A stretch of 64,000 bases of DNA from NCBI GenBank assembly GCA_034530875.2, contig JAVRCJ020000005.1, positions 300,662 to 364,661 on the forward strand. The letters run 5' to 3'. The notes beneath the pieces are model-generated. The model had not been told where the DNA came from. It saw only the letters and a list, made by a program, of their open reading frames with translations, and searched no databases. Source of the stretch: Nostoc sp. DedSLP01 (GTDB taxonomy: Bacteria; Cyanobacteriota; Cyanobacteriia; Cyanobacteriales; Nostocaceae). How positions within the stretch are numbered: the stretch's first letter is position 1; every line of letters begins with the position of its first letter. Made by a program: the position numbers and the translations under genes. This document shows positions 10,681 to 20,877 of this stretch, one piece after another.

Positions 10681-11160
10681 ATGAATTTCAATAACATTGA
10701 AGACTTTGGTTGCGATCTTCAAAGTCTTCATGACTGGTGTAATCATCAATTTAGCATGAAGTCAATGGCTTCTAGTGAGATTACTTTTGGTCGAACTCAC
10801 AAATGGTTTGGATACGAGGTAATACTAGTACACCCTGCGGTAATTAAGAAAGGACATTGGGATGAGATGGTTAATCGACTTGGCGATCGCATTCTTCCAG
10901 GATGGAATTGTGCCTTACTCTGCCATTATCGTCCAGGCGGCGGCATGATAGAACATCGTGACCATTCCGTTTTTGAACCTCTGGTAGCATTAGTCAATAT
11001 TGGAAGTGCTAATTTCCGCATTGATAATCACGAATATCACCTTACAGATGGTCAGGTTATCAAGTTTAATTCTAATATTCTCCATGAACTACTTCCGGTT
11101 GCATCTGACCGCTGGTCTTTGTCTTTTCGCCGGATTAAGCCACAGTCTCTACAGTTCTGA
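10681..11160 (+). CDS. 2OG-Fe(II) dioxygenase, AlkB-like
   Basis: HYRPGGGMIEHRD (HxD), distal H in ILHELLP, RWSLSFR (2OG-binding R); AGGAG SD. Confidence 0.75.
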   Translation: MNFNNIEDFGCDLQSLHDWCNHQFSMKSMASSEITFGRTHKWFGYEVILVHPAVIKKGHWDEMVNRLGDRILPGWNCALLCHYRPGGGMIEHRDHSVFEPLVALVNIGSANFRIDNHEYHLTDGQVIKFNSNILHELLPVASDRWSLSFRRIKPQSLQF

Positions 11161-11198
11161 ATTTATGTAATCCTTTTGATGTAAGGATTATGGGGCTG

Positions 11199-12203
11199 TT
11201 ATTGTATCGCTGATGTCACTCTATAATTAAATCTTTGTAACTTGCGCTCCCATCTAAAAAACAAACTTTCCCCGTTCACCTCATCTGTCTTTTCACTTTC
11301 ATTAATGAGGTCTTGGTTTTTCTCCTCTAATTCGCGCATATACTGCCTGAGTATACCCCCAACAGCGATCGCTCTGGTTTTATGTAGCTGACGGGTTAAC
11401 TCTAAAAACCATTCTCTATCACCTACCAAATCTGACTCTTTCACTTGATACTTGAGAATTTCTGGAATAAGTATTGAGGGATTATGATGTTTAGCGATCG
11501 CGCTAATATGAATAACTGGCTGGTAATCAATCCGTAAACACTGCTGCCATAACGCTACCCATTTGGTATGAGATAAATAACCATGACTGAAATACGAAGG
11601 CGGTACCATCGCCAAAATATGTAAATGCGGATGTGCCGATATTCCATTTTTAGCTTTAGTCACTTCTATGGACTTCACCCAACCTTTTGCAGGCCATACT
11701 TTTAATTCAGTCAATCGCTTAAAAGCTTTATTTATCGAATCTAAGTTTTCCCTAAGTTCCTCAATTTGGCAATTCTTTATAGTCAAGGTGACAAACAGCC
11801 AACGGTACTTGGGGTAGTCAGTAACAACCTGTGGGAGAATTTTGTAAGCCTTTGCTTTCCACATCAGCGATCGCCGCCACTGACAAACTGGACAGTGACG
11901 AACTCTACAAAATTGGGCATCTGATAGTTTTAAGCTGAGAATACCTTCCGATTTTTCTGGCACTAATTGAAACTCCAGCAACTCGGAACATGTTTTCACT
12001 CGGCAAGCATACTGCTGAAAGCAATGTTCATCTGCTTTGGCGTAATACTGGAAGACTTTATCAGCATTGGCTCGGTGCTTGTCCCAAGTTTTACCTATAG
12101 GCGCAACATTACTTAAGCTAAGTACATTTTGATTAGGTTGGGACTTATCTTGAGAGGATATATTAAAAGTTATAAACTTACAGTCTGAGGCTTTCGCGGA
12201 CAC
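11199..12203 (-). CDS. rep: Rolling-circle replication initiator, Rep_1 (pC194/pUB110-like) HUH endonuclease
   Basis: FCRVRHCPVCQWRRS, motif I FVTLT, motif II HPHLH, motif III LKYQVK (catalytic Tyr). Confidence 0.9.
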   Translation of the reverse strand: MSAKASDCKFITFNISSQDKSQPNQNVLSLSNVAPIGKTWDKHRANADKVFQYYAKADEHCFQQYACRVKTCSELLEFQLVPEKSEGILSLKLSDAQFCRVRHCPVCQWRRSLMWKAKAYKILPQVVTDYPKYRWLFVTLTIKNCQIEELRENLDSINKAFKRLTELKVWPAKGWVKSIEVTKAKNGISAHPHLHILAMVPPSYFSHGYLSHTKWVALWQQCLRIDYQPVIHISAIAKHHNPSILIPEILKYQVKESDLVGDREWFLELTRQLHKTRAIAVGGILRQYMRELEEKNQDLINESEKTDEVNGESLFFRWERKLQRFNYRVTSAIQ

Positions 12204-12325
12204 AAAATCACCGAGTCAGTTTGGTATTAACGTCCTAACTTAACTCAATTTATACATTCAAGCCTCAATATAAATATTTAGTTAATTCAGTTTTCACGCT
12301 CAGGTTTTGAGCGATTCCGACGAGT

Positions 12326-13018
12326 CTAAGTAAAACGTTGAGGCTCTAGAATTAAATCTACAGCAGCGCTCAAGTCTTTAACGATTAAGTCGGGATGGTA
12401 AAGTTCTAATTGGGTACGATCGCGAATCCCAGATTCCACAGCGATCGCTTTAACACCGTAGTTTTTTGCAGCTGTAATATCTGCTTCTGTATCTCCGACC
12501 ATCCAGGTATCGGCGGCGGGAGGTAGTTCTTCTAATGCCCTTTTCATTAATAAGGGTTTATCTTCGATGTCACGAGTTTTAACGTAGTCGTTACTCAGGC
12601 AATAACAACGATTTTCAGGAAAAAATTTGCCTAAATCATGCTTTTTGAAGGCATAATCTAGTTCCCGGACTCGGCGCATGGTCATAACTGCTAAATCAAT
12701 GCCAGCTTGTTGAATTTTTAACAGTGCATCCACAGCACCAGGCGCAAGCGCGTCATAGTCGAAGTAAGGTTCTGTATGTACTGTTTTTCGCCGCAGCTGT
12801 GCAAATTCTTGTGCTTGCGCTTCATCTAAGCCAGAATTTAAGGCAATTTGTTTTTCGGGAACGCGCTTGCGCTTGAATTCCCAAAACTCTGCTTTGGGAA
12901 GTTCTCGTACATCTTGGCCTGGGCGACGGGTTTTTTCTAAGCAAAATTTATAAACTTGATAGTAGCGTTCGGAAACATCGATAATCGGGCCGTCAAAGTC
13001 AGTAATTAGTCTTAGCAT
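12326..13018 (-). CDS. HAD-superfamily hydrolase
   Basis: ITDFDGP (DxD) and WMVGDTEADI motifs. Confidence 0.9.
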   Translation of the reverse strand: MLRLITDFDGPIIDVSERYYQVYKFCLEKTRRPGQDVRELPKAEFWEFKRKRVPEKQIALNSGLDEAQAQEFAQLRRKTVHTEPYFDYDALAPGAVDALLKIQQAGIDLAVMTMRRVRELDYAFKKHDLGKFFPENRCYCLSNDYVKTRDIEDKPLLMKRALEELPPAADTWMVGDTEADITAAKNYGVKAIAVESGIRDRTQLELYHPDLIVKDLSAAVDLILEPQRFT

Positions 13019-13174
13019 CGCTACACAATGTTAATTTTTCTTAAAATTATCGCAGTTATGTGGCTGTTTTGCGATCGCCAATCTTGCTGACGTTAAATTC
13101 GTGAAGTTGCTTGTCCACAAAGTCAACTTCTTTTGAGTCTGGCTGACTTTGAATTGATATTTTGTACTCAGGCA

Positions 13175-14266
13175 TCATTGCAATGTACCGCGTTTAATTT
13201 GTTCGCTTTCAATGGCTTCAAATAAGGCGCGAAAGTTGCCTTCCCCAAAACCTCGAGCTTGAAAACGGCGTTCGATAAACTCAAAGAAAAATGTCGGCTG
13301 TGCAAATATTGGCTGGGTAAAAATTTGCAGTAATAAGGGTGCAGAATTGCTTCCCTCTAAAGGAGTATATTCGTGCCAGTCTACAAGAATTTCTTGTTGG
13401 GCGATCGCTTCAATTTCTAAATCTGATAATGGAAATCCGGGACGCTGTTTTAGCTGAGTGTAATAGCTTTGAGGAACTGAGAGTAAGGATAAACCACTGG
13501 CACGAAATTTAGCGATCGCACTCACCAGATTAGTTGTTCGCAAAGCGATATGTTGAATTCCTGGCCCGCGGTTAACATCGAGAAATTCTTGAATTTGGGA
13601 ATTGCTAGAAGCTGGTTCGTTAATTGGCAATTGTACGTTACCGTTACGCGAAACCATGACTTGGCTGTGTAAAGCAGAGCGATCGGTTTTAATTTTAAAT
13701 ACCTGCTGGGGTTTAAAATCGAGGATGTTTTCGTACCAAGCAACAGCACGTTCTAAATCGCCAATTTCTACGTTGAGTACGATGTGATCTATGGCAGTAA
13801 TTGAAGAGGACGCGGGGACACGAGGACGCGGGGACACGGAGAATTCTTTTACCGTATTCTCTCCTACTTTTGCACAGTGCCTTTCTATCAGCGTATGAGT
13901 CAGTCCACCCCAAGCGGCAATTTTGCTCCACTTAAGGGATGTTGCACCTAAATTCTCTTGCTGGATGGGTTGTAGGATTGTGGCATCGTGCATTTTAGCA
14001 TGTGCGATCGCTGCTTCTACGTCTTCCACAGCAAAAGCAATATCGGCTACACCAGGTGGATATTGACGCAGAAACTCAGCCACCGGACTTGTGGGTAACA
14101 GTGGTGAAGACAGCCAAAAGCAGACGTCACCACTTTTGACTACTTCTGTGCAAGTGTGAAAAGAACTAGTGCGACTGGGTACTGCTTGAAAACCAAGATG
14201 GTGTACAAACCAATCACGCCATGTTTTGGCGTCTTCTACATAGAAATGAACGCGATCGATATTCAT
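13175..14266 (-). CDS. hppD: 4-hydroxyphenylpyruvate dioxygenase
   Basis: IDHIVLNV, GPGIQHIAL, FFEFIERR, GFGEGNFRALFEAIE. Confidence 0.95.
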   Translation of the reverse strand: MNIDRVHFYVEDAKTWRDWFVHHLGFQAVPSRTSSFHTCTEVVKSGDVCFWLSSPLLPTSPVAEFLRQYPPGVADIAFAVEDVEAAIAHAKMHDATILQPIQQENLGATSLKWSKIAAWGGLTHTLIERHCAKVGENTVKEFSVSPRPRVPASSSITAIDHIVLNVEIGDLERAVAWYENILDFKPQQVFKIKTDRSALHSQVMVSRNGNVQLPINEPASSNSQIQEFLDVNRGPGIQHIALRTTNLVSAIAKFRASGLSLLSVPQSYYTQLKQRPGFPLSDLEIEAIAQQEILVDWHEYTPLEGSNSAPLLLQIFTQPIFAQPTFFFEFIERRFQARGFGEGNFRALFEAIESEQIKRGTLQ

Positions 14267-14381
14267 AGTTACTGAAAATCCAGCATATCAGCTTATATAT
14301 CTCTAGATTTTGCCTTTTTTGCTAAATTTTCAGGTCTTTCCCAGGCCAGAATTCTGTAGGCGAACTACAATCTCTCCAGTC

Positions 14382-15086
14382 CTAAAAAAACAAATGACTA
14401 TCAGGTTGAATGTTAATTTCCATTGGCACAGCTTGCGGTTCGGCAGAAAGAGCAAAGAAAATCGCATTGGCAGCAGTTTCAGCACTGAGCATTTTTTTCC
14501 GATCTACTTTTAAGTTCACATTATCCCAAAATGGAGAATCTACCCCACCAAAGTAGAATAGCGTGAACTTGATGCCAAAGCGCTTGAGTTCTTCTGCCAT
14601 GCACTTGCTAAAACCAACAACACCAAATTTAGAAGCAGAATAAGCTGCCGCCATCGCCATAGAATGTTTGCCGAGAATTCCTACCACGTTACAGATGTGA
14701 CCAGATTTACGCTTTTGCATCTCTTCAGCAGCCGCCTGAGTAGTGTAAAAACTGCCTTTTAAATTCACATCTAGCATCTTGTCTAAATCGGCAGGTTCCA
14801 AGCTATTGTAAGGCTTGAGGATACCAGCACCCGCAGCATTCACTAAAATATCGATTTGGCCAAACTCAGCAATAGTTTTTTCGATTAAAGTGTCTACTTG
14901 TTGAGGATCGGTAATATCGGTAGGAACGGTTAAAACTTGTCCTGGTAAATTAGCAGCTAGTGTGGTTAAACGAGTTGCATCTCTAGCAGCTAATACCAAC
15001 CGTACTCCAGCAGACGCCAGTTTGTGCGTTAAGACCGAACCAATACCACCAGTAGCACCGACAATAACAGCGACTTTATCTTGCAT
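14382..15086 (-). CDS. Short-chain dehydrogenase/reductase
   Basis: GATGGIG, NAAG and YSASK motifs. Confidence 0.9.
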   Translation of the reverse strand: MQDKVAVIVGATGGIGSVLTHKLASAGVRLVLAARDATRLTTLAANLPGQVLTVPTDITDPQQVDTLIEKTIAEFGQIDILVNAAGAGILKPYNSLEPADLDKMLDVNLKGSFYTTQAAAEEMQKRKSGHICNVVGILGKHSMAMAAAYSASKFGVVGFSKCMAEELKRFGIKFTLFYFGGVDSPFWDNVNLKVDRKKMLSAETAANAIFFALSAEPQAVPMEINIQPDSHLFF

Positions 15087-15248
15087 TTTAATATTTACAT
15101 TTCTTTACATCTTTTCACATAATACTGAATTATGGACTCAAGTTGTGAGAAGTAGAAGGCAGGAGGTAAAACCCTCAATAATAAAAGGTTTTGCCCTTTT
15201 GGATTTTACATTTAATTATGTCTGCCTACTTAGATATTGAGAAAGTAT

Positions 15249-16529
15249 TTACTCAAAGAATAGCGGCATTACCTCATATTCCTTTCCGCTTGCTTTTAAT
15301 TTAAACGCGGAGGATGATTGTAAATATTTAGTAAAATTAGAAGCTAGCTTTAATTTTTTGACAATTGAATTAGGAGATTCTCCGGTTATTTTCTGAATTT
15401 CTGTACCTAATTTGGACACAGATAATATAGTTTTGGGAGAATTGATTTGTATATCTTGAATTATTTTTAATAAAAAATTATCTAATGTTTGTTTATCGCA
15501 AATATGAGCTAATTTTTTTTGTTCTTCTTTGAGTAAACTTGTAGATGCTTGTTCTGGAAGAAAAATCATCTCTTCAATTACTGGTTGCTTTTGAGTATGA
15601 GTAGTATCGAGGTTGCATCTTTCTTCAAATAAAGTGGCAATAGTCGCTAAACTATTTAATCGAGCAGCGATTGAGTTTTGTTCGTTTTTAATTAAATCTT
15701 GTATTTGTTCAACTACTTGTTCCAATGATGGAACTTCTCTCGCCATTGCTATGGAATAATGAGTTAAATTGCCGGTATTTCGATTTTCTATATGCAAGCT
15801 TTGTCCTTGTCTGCGTACCCAATGAACAGATAATCCCTGGTTTTGGAGTTCGTTGCAAAGGTGAATTAAAATTCCATCGCCAGAACAAACCAAAATTTCT
15901 TTAACTGTTGGATAAGACCGTAAGACACAAGCGCCAAATGCAATCATTTTTGCATCCGCACTATCCTTACCTCCAGGCACATGAACAAGTTGATAGCCGC
16001 GGTTATATAGTTCGATATCTTGCTTGCCAATACTTGGGTTTTTCCAGTTAGCAAATGCTAATTTAACTTGGAGAGGATATTCACATATACTCGCTAAAAA
16101 TAATTCTGAATTAATATCTAGCTTTAAATTTTCTGCATCTAAAAGTAAAAGAGAAATTCCTGGTTCTGCTTGATGTTTAATTTCTTGTTTTTGCTGAATT
16201 TTTTGCAATAACTGACTGAAAGCATCAGATTCTAGCCAATCAGGTGATAATAATATTTGCAACAATTCTTCAGCTAAAAAACTAAAAGAATTAAGACTTT
16301 TTTCCCTAAAATCTTCTTCCGATATTTTTTTGGCGAAAGGAATTTCTGTAGATTCAACTGGAGTTACTTTACTGTGACCGTTACTGTTAAAAATCAAATC
16401 AGTTTCCAGCAAACGAGAAAATGTAGGCTCAAGGAATTGCTTACCACAGCTTTTGCAGAGGTAATTTTGCTTCTGATTCCGACGGCCATTTTTACGATAT
16501 GAAGTAGAGTCGCACCGAGGACATTTCAT
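15249..16529 (-). CDS. NYN-domain (PIN-like) protein with N-terminal IS1/InsA-like Zn ribbon and possible C-terminal OST-HTH
   Basis: CPRC...KNG...QNYLCKSCGKQF; LLLDAENL, GKDSADAKM, SGDG. Confidence 0.75.
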   Translation of the reverse strand: MKCPRCDSTSYRKNGRRNQKQNYLCKSCGKQFLEPTFSRLLETDLIFNSNGHSKVTPVESTEIPFAKKISEEDFREKSLNSFSFLAEELLQILLSPDWLESDAFSQLLQKIQQKQEIKHQAEPGISLLLLDAENLKLDINSELFLASICEYPLQVKLAFANWKNPSIGKQDIELYNRGYQLVHVPGGKDSADAKMIAFGACVLRSYPTVKEILVCSGDGILIHLCNELQNQGLSVHWVRRQGQSLHIENRNTGNLTHYSIAMAREVPSLEQVVEQIQDLIKNEQNSIAARLNSLATIATLFEERCNLDTTHTQKQPVIEEMIFLPEQASTSLLKEEQKKLAHICDKQTLDNFLLKIIQDIQINSPKTILSVSKLGTEIQKITGESPNSIVKKLKLASNFTKYLQSSSAFKLKASGKEYEVMPLFFE

Positions 16530-16822
16530 TTTTTCTTTAGGTGGTCTAAAGCAGATATTTCACTTCAGTATATAGTATAAAAAATACTGTCAACTTAGAT
16601 TAGTATTGCTCAACACAAAAAACTTACTGAGTCCAGAAATTATATTCCAGCCTTAATTACTAGTTATATTATGCGATCGCCCTCTCAATAGCCAAAATTT
16701 AGAGGGAATTTCAAGTTCACGAAAGTATACAAACTATGTATAAAAACCTGGTATTAAGTCTGTTTAACTTTTGTTAGCGTATCGGTACGTAGCCCATTCT
16801 GAATTCTGCTGTCAAAAAAATT

Positions 16823-17602
16823 TCAAATGACACGAGCAAAAACGTAATCGCGGGTACGGGAATCAATGGGGCTAGTAAAAATCTTATTTGTAGTACCAAA
16901 TTCGATCATTTGAGTAACACGATTTTCAATACTGTAAAAGAAAGCCGTAAAATCAGATAGTCGAGTAACTTGCTGCAAGTTATGAGAAACAATAACAATT
17001 GTCAATTCAGAGCGCAAGTTTTGGATCAAATTCTCAACCTGCATACTACTTATAGGATCGAGACCGCAACAAGGTTCATCCATTAACAAAACTTTTGGTT
17101 TAACTGCTAAAGCACGGGCAATACATAATCTTTGTTGTTGTCCGCCAGAAAGTTCTAAAGCAGATTTGTGCAGCTTATTTTTCAGTTCATCCCAAAGATC
17201 GGCAGCTTTAATGGCAGATTCAACAATCACATCTAATTCTATTTTCGGATGCCATCCAACCAATTTCACCCCATAAGCAACATTATCATAAACGCTCATG
17301 GGGAAAAGATTCGGCTTGGGAAAAACCATACTAATTTGGCGACGTAACCTACTTAAATTGACACGACGCTCATAAATATTTTGTCCAAAAAATTCTACTT
17401 TTCCTTCAACCTTTACTTCTGCCTCTAATTCACTCATGCGATTTAACGATTTCAGAAAAGTAGACTTGCCACAACCACTAGAACCAATAATTGCCGTGAC
17501 TTGGTTTTCATAAATATCCATTGACACGCCTTCAACTATCTTTTGAGTTTCGTAATAAAAGCTGAAGTTTTTGACTCTGATGGCTGGAATTAGTTTACTC
17601 AT
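16823..17602 (-). CDS. pstB: Phosphate ABC transporter ATPase (second copy)
   Basis: [31 protein letters not shown]. Confidence 0.9.
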   Translation of the reverse strand: MSKLIPAIRVKNFSFYYETQKIVEGVSMDIYENQVTAIIGSSGCGKSTFLKSLNRMSELEAEVKVEGKVEFFGQNIYERRVNLSRLRRQISMVFPKPNLFPMSVYDNVAYGVKLVGWHPKIELDVIVESAIKAADLWDELKNKLHKSALELSGGQQQRLCIARALAVKPKVLLMDEPCCGLDPISSMQVENLIQNLRSELTIVIVSHNLQQVTRLSDFTAFFYSIENRVTQMIEFGTTNKIFTSPIDSRTRDYVFARVI

Positions 17603-17852
17603 ATTCCCAAAACGTGTGAAACAGAACTTGACTAAGAAGATAGTACAAATCAGCTGTGCTGTTTCACTATGTTACCCCTAAAAGAAAATCTTCATAGAAA
17701 TTACCTAAGTATCTGGTAAATGAATAGCAAATACGCTCCTAGTAAATGTTTATATTAAGTTACGTCGCAAAAATCATTGTTCAAAGAATTGGGAAGGGGG
17801 AAAGGGAAGATCCCTCCTTTTCCCTACCCAAAGGCTTTTGACCAATGACCAT

Positions 17853-18632
17853 TTAACCGAAACGTCCTGAAACGTAGTCGCGGGTGCGGGGGTCGAGTGG
17901 GCTGTTAAAAATTTGCTCTGTAGCACCGAATTCAATCATTTGACCGATGCGGCTTTCATCGGTGCTGAAGAAAGCGGTAAAATCGGAGACGCGAGCAGCT
18001 TGCTGCATGTTGTGAGTAACGATCGCGATCGTCAACTGAGATCGCAAATTATGGATTAGTTCCTCAACTTTCATCGTCGCGATGGGGTCAAGAGCCGAAC
18101 AAGGCTCATCCATCAGCAGAACTTTTGGCTTGACTGCTAAAGCACGCGCAATACACAATCTCTGCTGTTGACCGCCAGAAAGCCCTAAAGCAGATTTATC
18201 TAGCTTATCTTTCACTTCATCCCAAAGAGCAGCGCTTTTGAGAGCAGACTCAACAATTTCATCTAGTTCTACTTTTGGATACCTACCCGCTATTCTCATC
18301 CCGTAAGCAACATTTTCGTAAATGCTAAAGGGAAAAGGATTCGGTTTTTGGAACACCATCCCAATTTGGCGGCGTAATCGATTGGTGTTGACACGAGGAG
18401 CGTATATATTTTGGCCAAAAAATTCTACTTCGCCTTCAACTTTTACAAGGCCTTCTAATTCGCTAATCCGATTCAAAATTTTGATGAAGGTAGATTTGCC
18501 GCAACCACTAGGGCCGATAATTGCTGTTACATGGTTTCGATAAATATCTATTGATATCTTGTCTATCGCTTTGATTGTGCCATAGTAAAAACTGATATTT
18601 TTTACTTTGATAGCTGGAATTAAGTTATTCAT
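17853..18632 (-). CDS. pstB: Phosphate ABC transporter ATPase
   Basis: [16 protein letters not shown], ends YVSGRFG; probable ATG at 18632. Confidence 0.93.
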   Translation of the reverse strand: MNNLIPAIKVKNISFYYGTIKAIDKISIDIYRNHVTAIIGPSGCGKSTFIKILNRISELEGLVKVEGEVEFFGQNIYAPRVNTNRLRRQIGMVFQKPNPFPFSIYENVAYGMRIAGRYPKVELDEIVESALKSAALWDEVKDKLDKSALGLSGGQQQRLCIARALAVKPKVLLMDEPCSALDPIATMKVEELIHNLRSQLTIAIVTHNMQQAARVSDFTAFFSTDESRIGQMIEFGATEQIFNSPLDPRTRDYVSGRFG

Positions 18633-18678
18633 AAATTGCCCAGATGCGAAATAAAAATTTATCAAAATAGGGTTTTGT

Positions 18679-19560
18679 TTATTTAATTCTTCTCTGCCTA
18701 ATAATTAAGCGAGAAACAATGCTGACACATAAAATTAAGCCCAATAGAATTATCGAAGTCGTCCATACTAATTGATTTTTTTCTGGATCTGGGTCGTTGT
18801 AGAGATTAAAAATTAATACTGGTAAGGAAGCTGTTGGACTTAACAAATTTTCTGACCAATCTAAACTAAATAAAGCAGTAAAAATTAAGGGTGCTGTTTC
18901 ACCAGCAGCACGAGCCACAGCTAATAAAACGCCTGTCGCAATTCCAGGAATTGCAGAGGTTACAACGATGCGAAAAGTAGTTTGAAAGCGAGTTCCACCT
19001 AAAGCAGCAGAGGCAAGGCGTTGAGATGCAGGAATCAATTTTAAGGACTCTTCTGTAGTTAAGACAATCACTGGTAGCATAATTACAGCTAAGGCAAAAC
19101 CACCTGCGATCGCACTAAATCCTTTAGTTGTTAAAACAATTATACCGTAAGCAAATATTCCTACAACAATTGAAGGCACGCCTGTGAGAATGCTAGCGAT
19201 AAAACGAACGATATTAGCAATTGGATTAGTTTGACCAAATTCTGCCAAAAAAATTCCTGTCATTATGCCTGTGGGAATGCTTAAAATAGTACCAATGGTT
19301 ACTATAATTATCGTTCCGAGAATAGCATTACCGAAGCCATTATCAATAACTGGATTGAGAAAAATTTCCGGTTTAATTCCAGATATGCCGCGGACGAAAA
19401 TTTCCCATAAAATTGATAGTAAAGGAATGAGTGCTAGACCTGTCAAACTAAAGGCGATCGCATTCATCAAATAAGTAAATATGACTCGCTCTTTTGGTAG
19501 AGGGCTGCACAATTCTTTCGTTATAGATTCATCATTTTCTGGCTCAATGTAAACACTCAT
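18679..19560 (-). CDS. pstA: Phosphate ABC permease PstA
   Basis: [18 protein letters not shown]; operon position. Confidence 0.93.
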   Translation of the reverse strand: MSVYIEPENDESITKELCSPLPKERVIFTYLMNAIAFSLTGLALIPLLSILWEIFVRGISGIKPEIFLNPVIDNGFGNAILGTIIIVTIGTILSIPTGIMTGIFLAEFGQTNPIANIVRFIASILTGVPSIVVGIFAYGIIVLTTKGFSAIAGGFALAVIMLPVIVLTTEESLKLIPASQRLASAALGGTRFQTTFRIVVTSAIPGIATGVLLAVARAAGETAPLIFTALFSLDWSENLLSPTASLPVLIFNLYNDPDPEKNQLVWTTSIILLGLILCVSIVSRLIIRQRRIK

Positions 19561-19676
19561 ATCTTTTTCAAATTTTAGTTGATAAAAAAAGATTTATCTT
19601 GTAGTAATTACAAATAATAAATTAATAATCATATTTCTTAATTCTGGATTCTGACTTCTGAATTCTGAATTCTGAT

Positions 19677-20678
19677 TTATTTATTTTTTCTGCCAAACCA
19701 TCTGACTAATAAGACAGCACCAATATTTACAGCTAAAGTCAAGCCAAACAAAATTAATCCCAAATAGCTTAAAGCACCAATATGTAATCCTGGTTCGGCT
19801 TCAGCAAATTCATTAGCTAATACAGAGGGAATTGTATAAGCTGGATCGAGTAAAGAAGCACTAATTTGGGCAGAGTTACCAATTACCATAGTCACAGCCA
19901 TTGTTTCGCCTAAAGCACGTCCTAAAGCCAGCATTGCTGCACTAACTATTCCCGAAAATCCAGCTGGTAGCAAGACTCGAAAAATTGTTTCCCAACGAGT
20001 ACCACCTAAAGCCATAGATGCACTACGCAATTCTTTAGGTATAGCTAGCAATACATCACGAGTAATTGCTGCCATTGTTGGCAAAATCATGATGCCTAGA
20101 ATAATTCCAGCAGTTAACATATTTGTGCCAACAGGGTCTTGTGTATTAAATAGCGGTATCACTTTCAAAGTGCTACCTAGCCATTTTTCTACAGGTTCTA
20201 AAACTGGAATAAATACAAAAATACCCCACAAGCCAATAATCACGCTGGGAATTGCTGCGATTAATTCTACAACGAATGCTAATGTTGTTCGTACAGATTC
20301 AGGTAAAAAATTTTCGCTGGTTACTAAAGCGACAGCTATTCCTACTGGTACAGCTAATAAAATAGCGATCGCACTACTTACTAAAGTCCCATAAATATAA
20401 GGTAACGCACCAAAAATTCCATTACCTGCATCCCAATCTTGACCCCAGAAAAATCCTACTCCAAACTGTTTAACCGCTGGTAGAGCTTCTTTATAAATTA
20501 CCCAAGTCATTAAAAATAAGACTGCAAACGTAACCAGAGCAAAAAAGTAAACTAACCGTGTAAATCCTCGGTCAAACCAGAAATTTCTACCACTAATAGC
20601 TGTCAAATCCAAACTTTCATCGTCTAAATCTGATTTATCTGATGAATTATTGCCGCCTGGTTTCCATGAATTTGCCAT
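19677..20678 (-). CDS. pstC: Phosphate ABC permease PstC
   Basis: ELIAAIPSV, GRALGETMAVTMVIGN. Confidence 0.95.
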   Translation of the reverse strand: MANSWKPGGNNSSDKSDLDDESLDLTAISGRNFWFDRGFTRLVYFFALVTFAVLFLMTWVIYKEALPAVKQFGVGFFWGQDWDAGNGIFGALPYIYGTLVSSAIAILLAVPVGIAVALVTSENFLPESVRTTLAFVVELIAAIPSVIIGLWGIFVFIPVLEPVEKWLGSTLKVIPLFNTQDPVGTNMLTAGIILGIMILPTMAAITRDVLLAIPKELRSASMALGGTRWETIFRVLLPAGFSGIVSAAMLALGRALGETMAVTMVIGNSAQISASLLDPAYTIPSVLANEFAEAEPGLHIGALSYLGLILFGLTLAVNIGAVLLVRWFGRKNK

Positions 20679-20877
20679 GACAGATAAACCAATTCAAAAT
20701 TAAAAATTCAAAATAAAAATCATTTCCAGGTTGTACCTGGAAACGAGATTTACGAATAACATTAACTATCAGAAATCAGAATTTATGAAGAGTATAGTAT
20801 GAGGATTATACTCATTTATCCATTTTCTCCTGATTTTTAACTATTCTGATTCCTGGGTTATTACAAGAGATTAGCAA

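Larger units (their letters stand above)
10250..12320. mobile_element. Putative integrated small rolling-circle plasmid (boundaries approximate; may extend left to 9750)
   Basis: Intact Rep_1 plus an accessory oxygenase between core genes pdxA and a HAD hydrolase; no flanking direct repeats found. Confidence 0.55.

Noticed and set aside
11058..11064. CTTGATA (minus strand) as the double-strand origin of the Rep element; also CTTATCTTGAGA near 12144 on the plus strand
   Set aside because: The first is a 7-mer inside the oxygenase gene downstream of rep; the second is on the opposite strand to rep and mismatched. Both could be chance.
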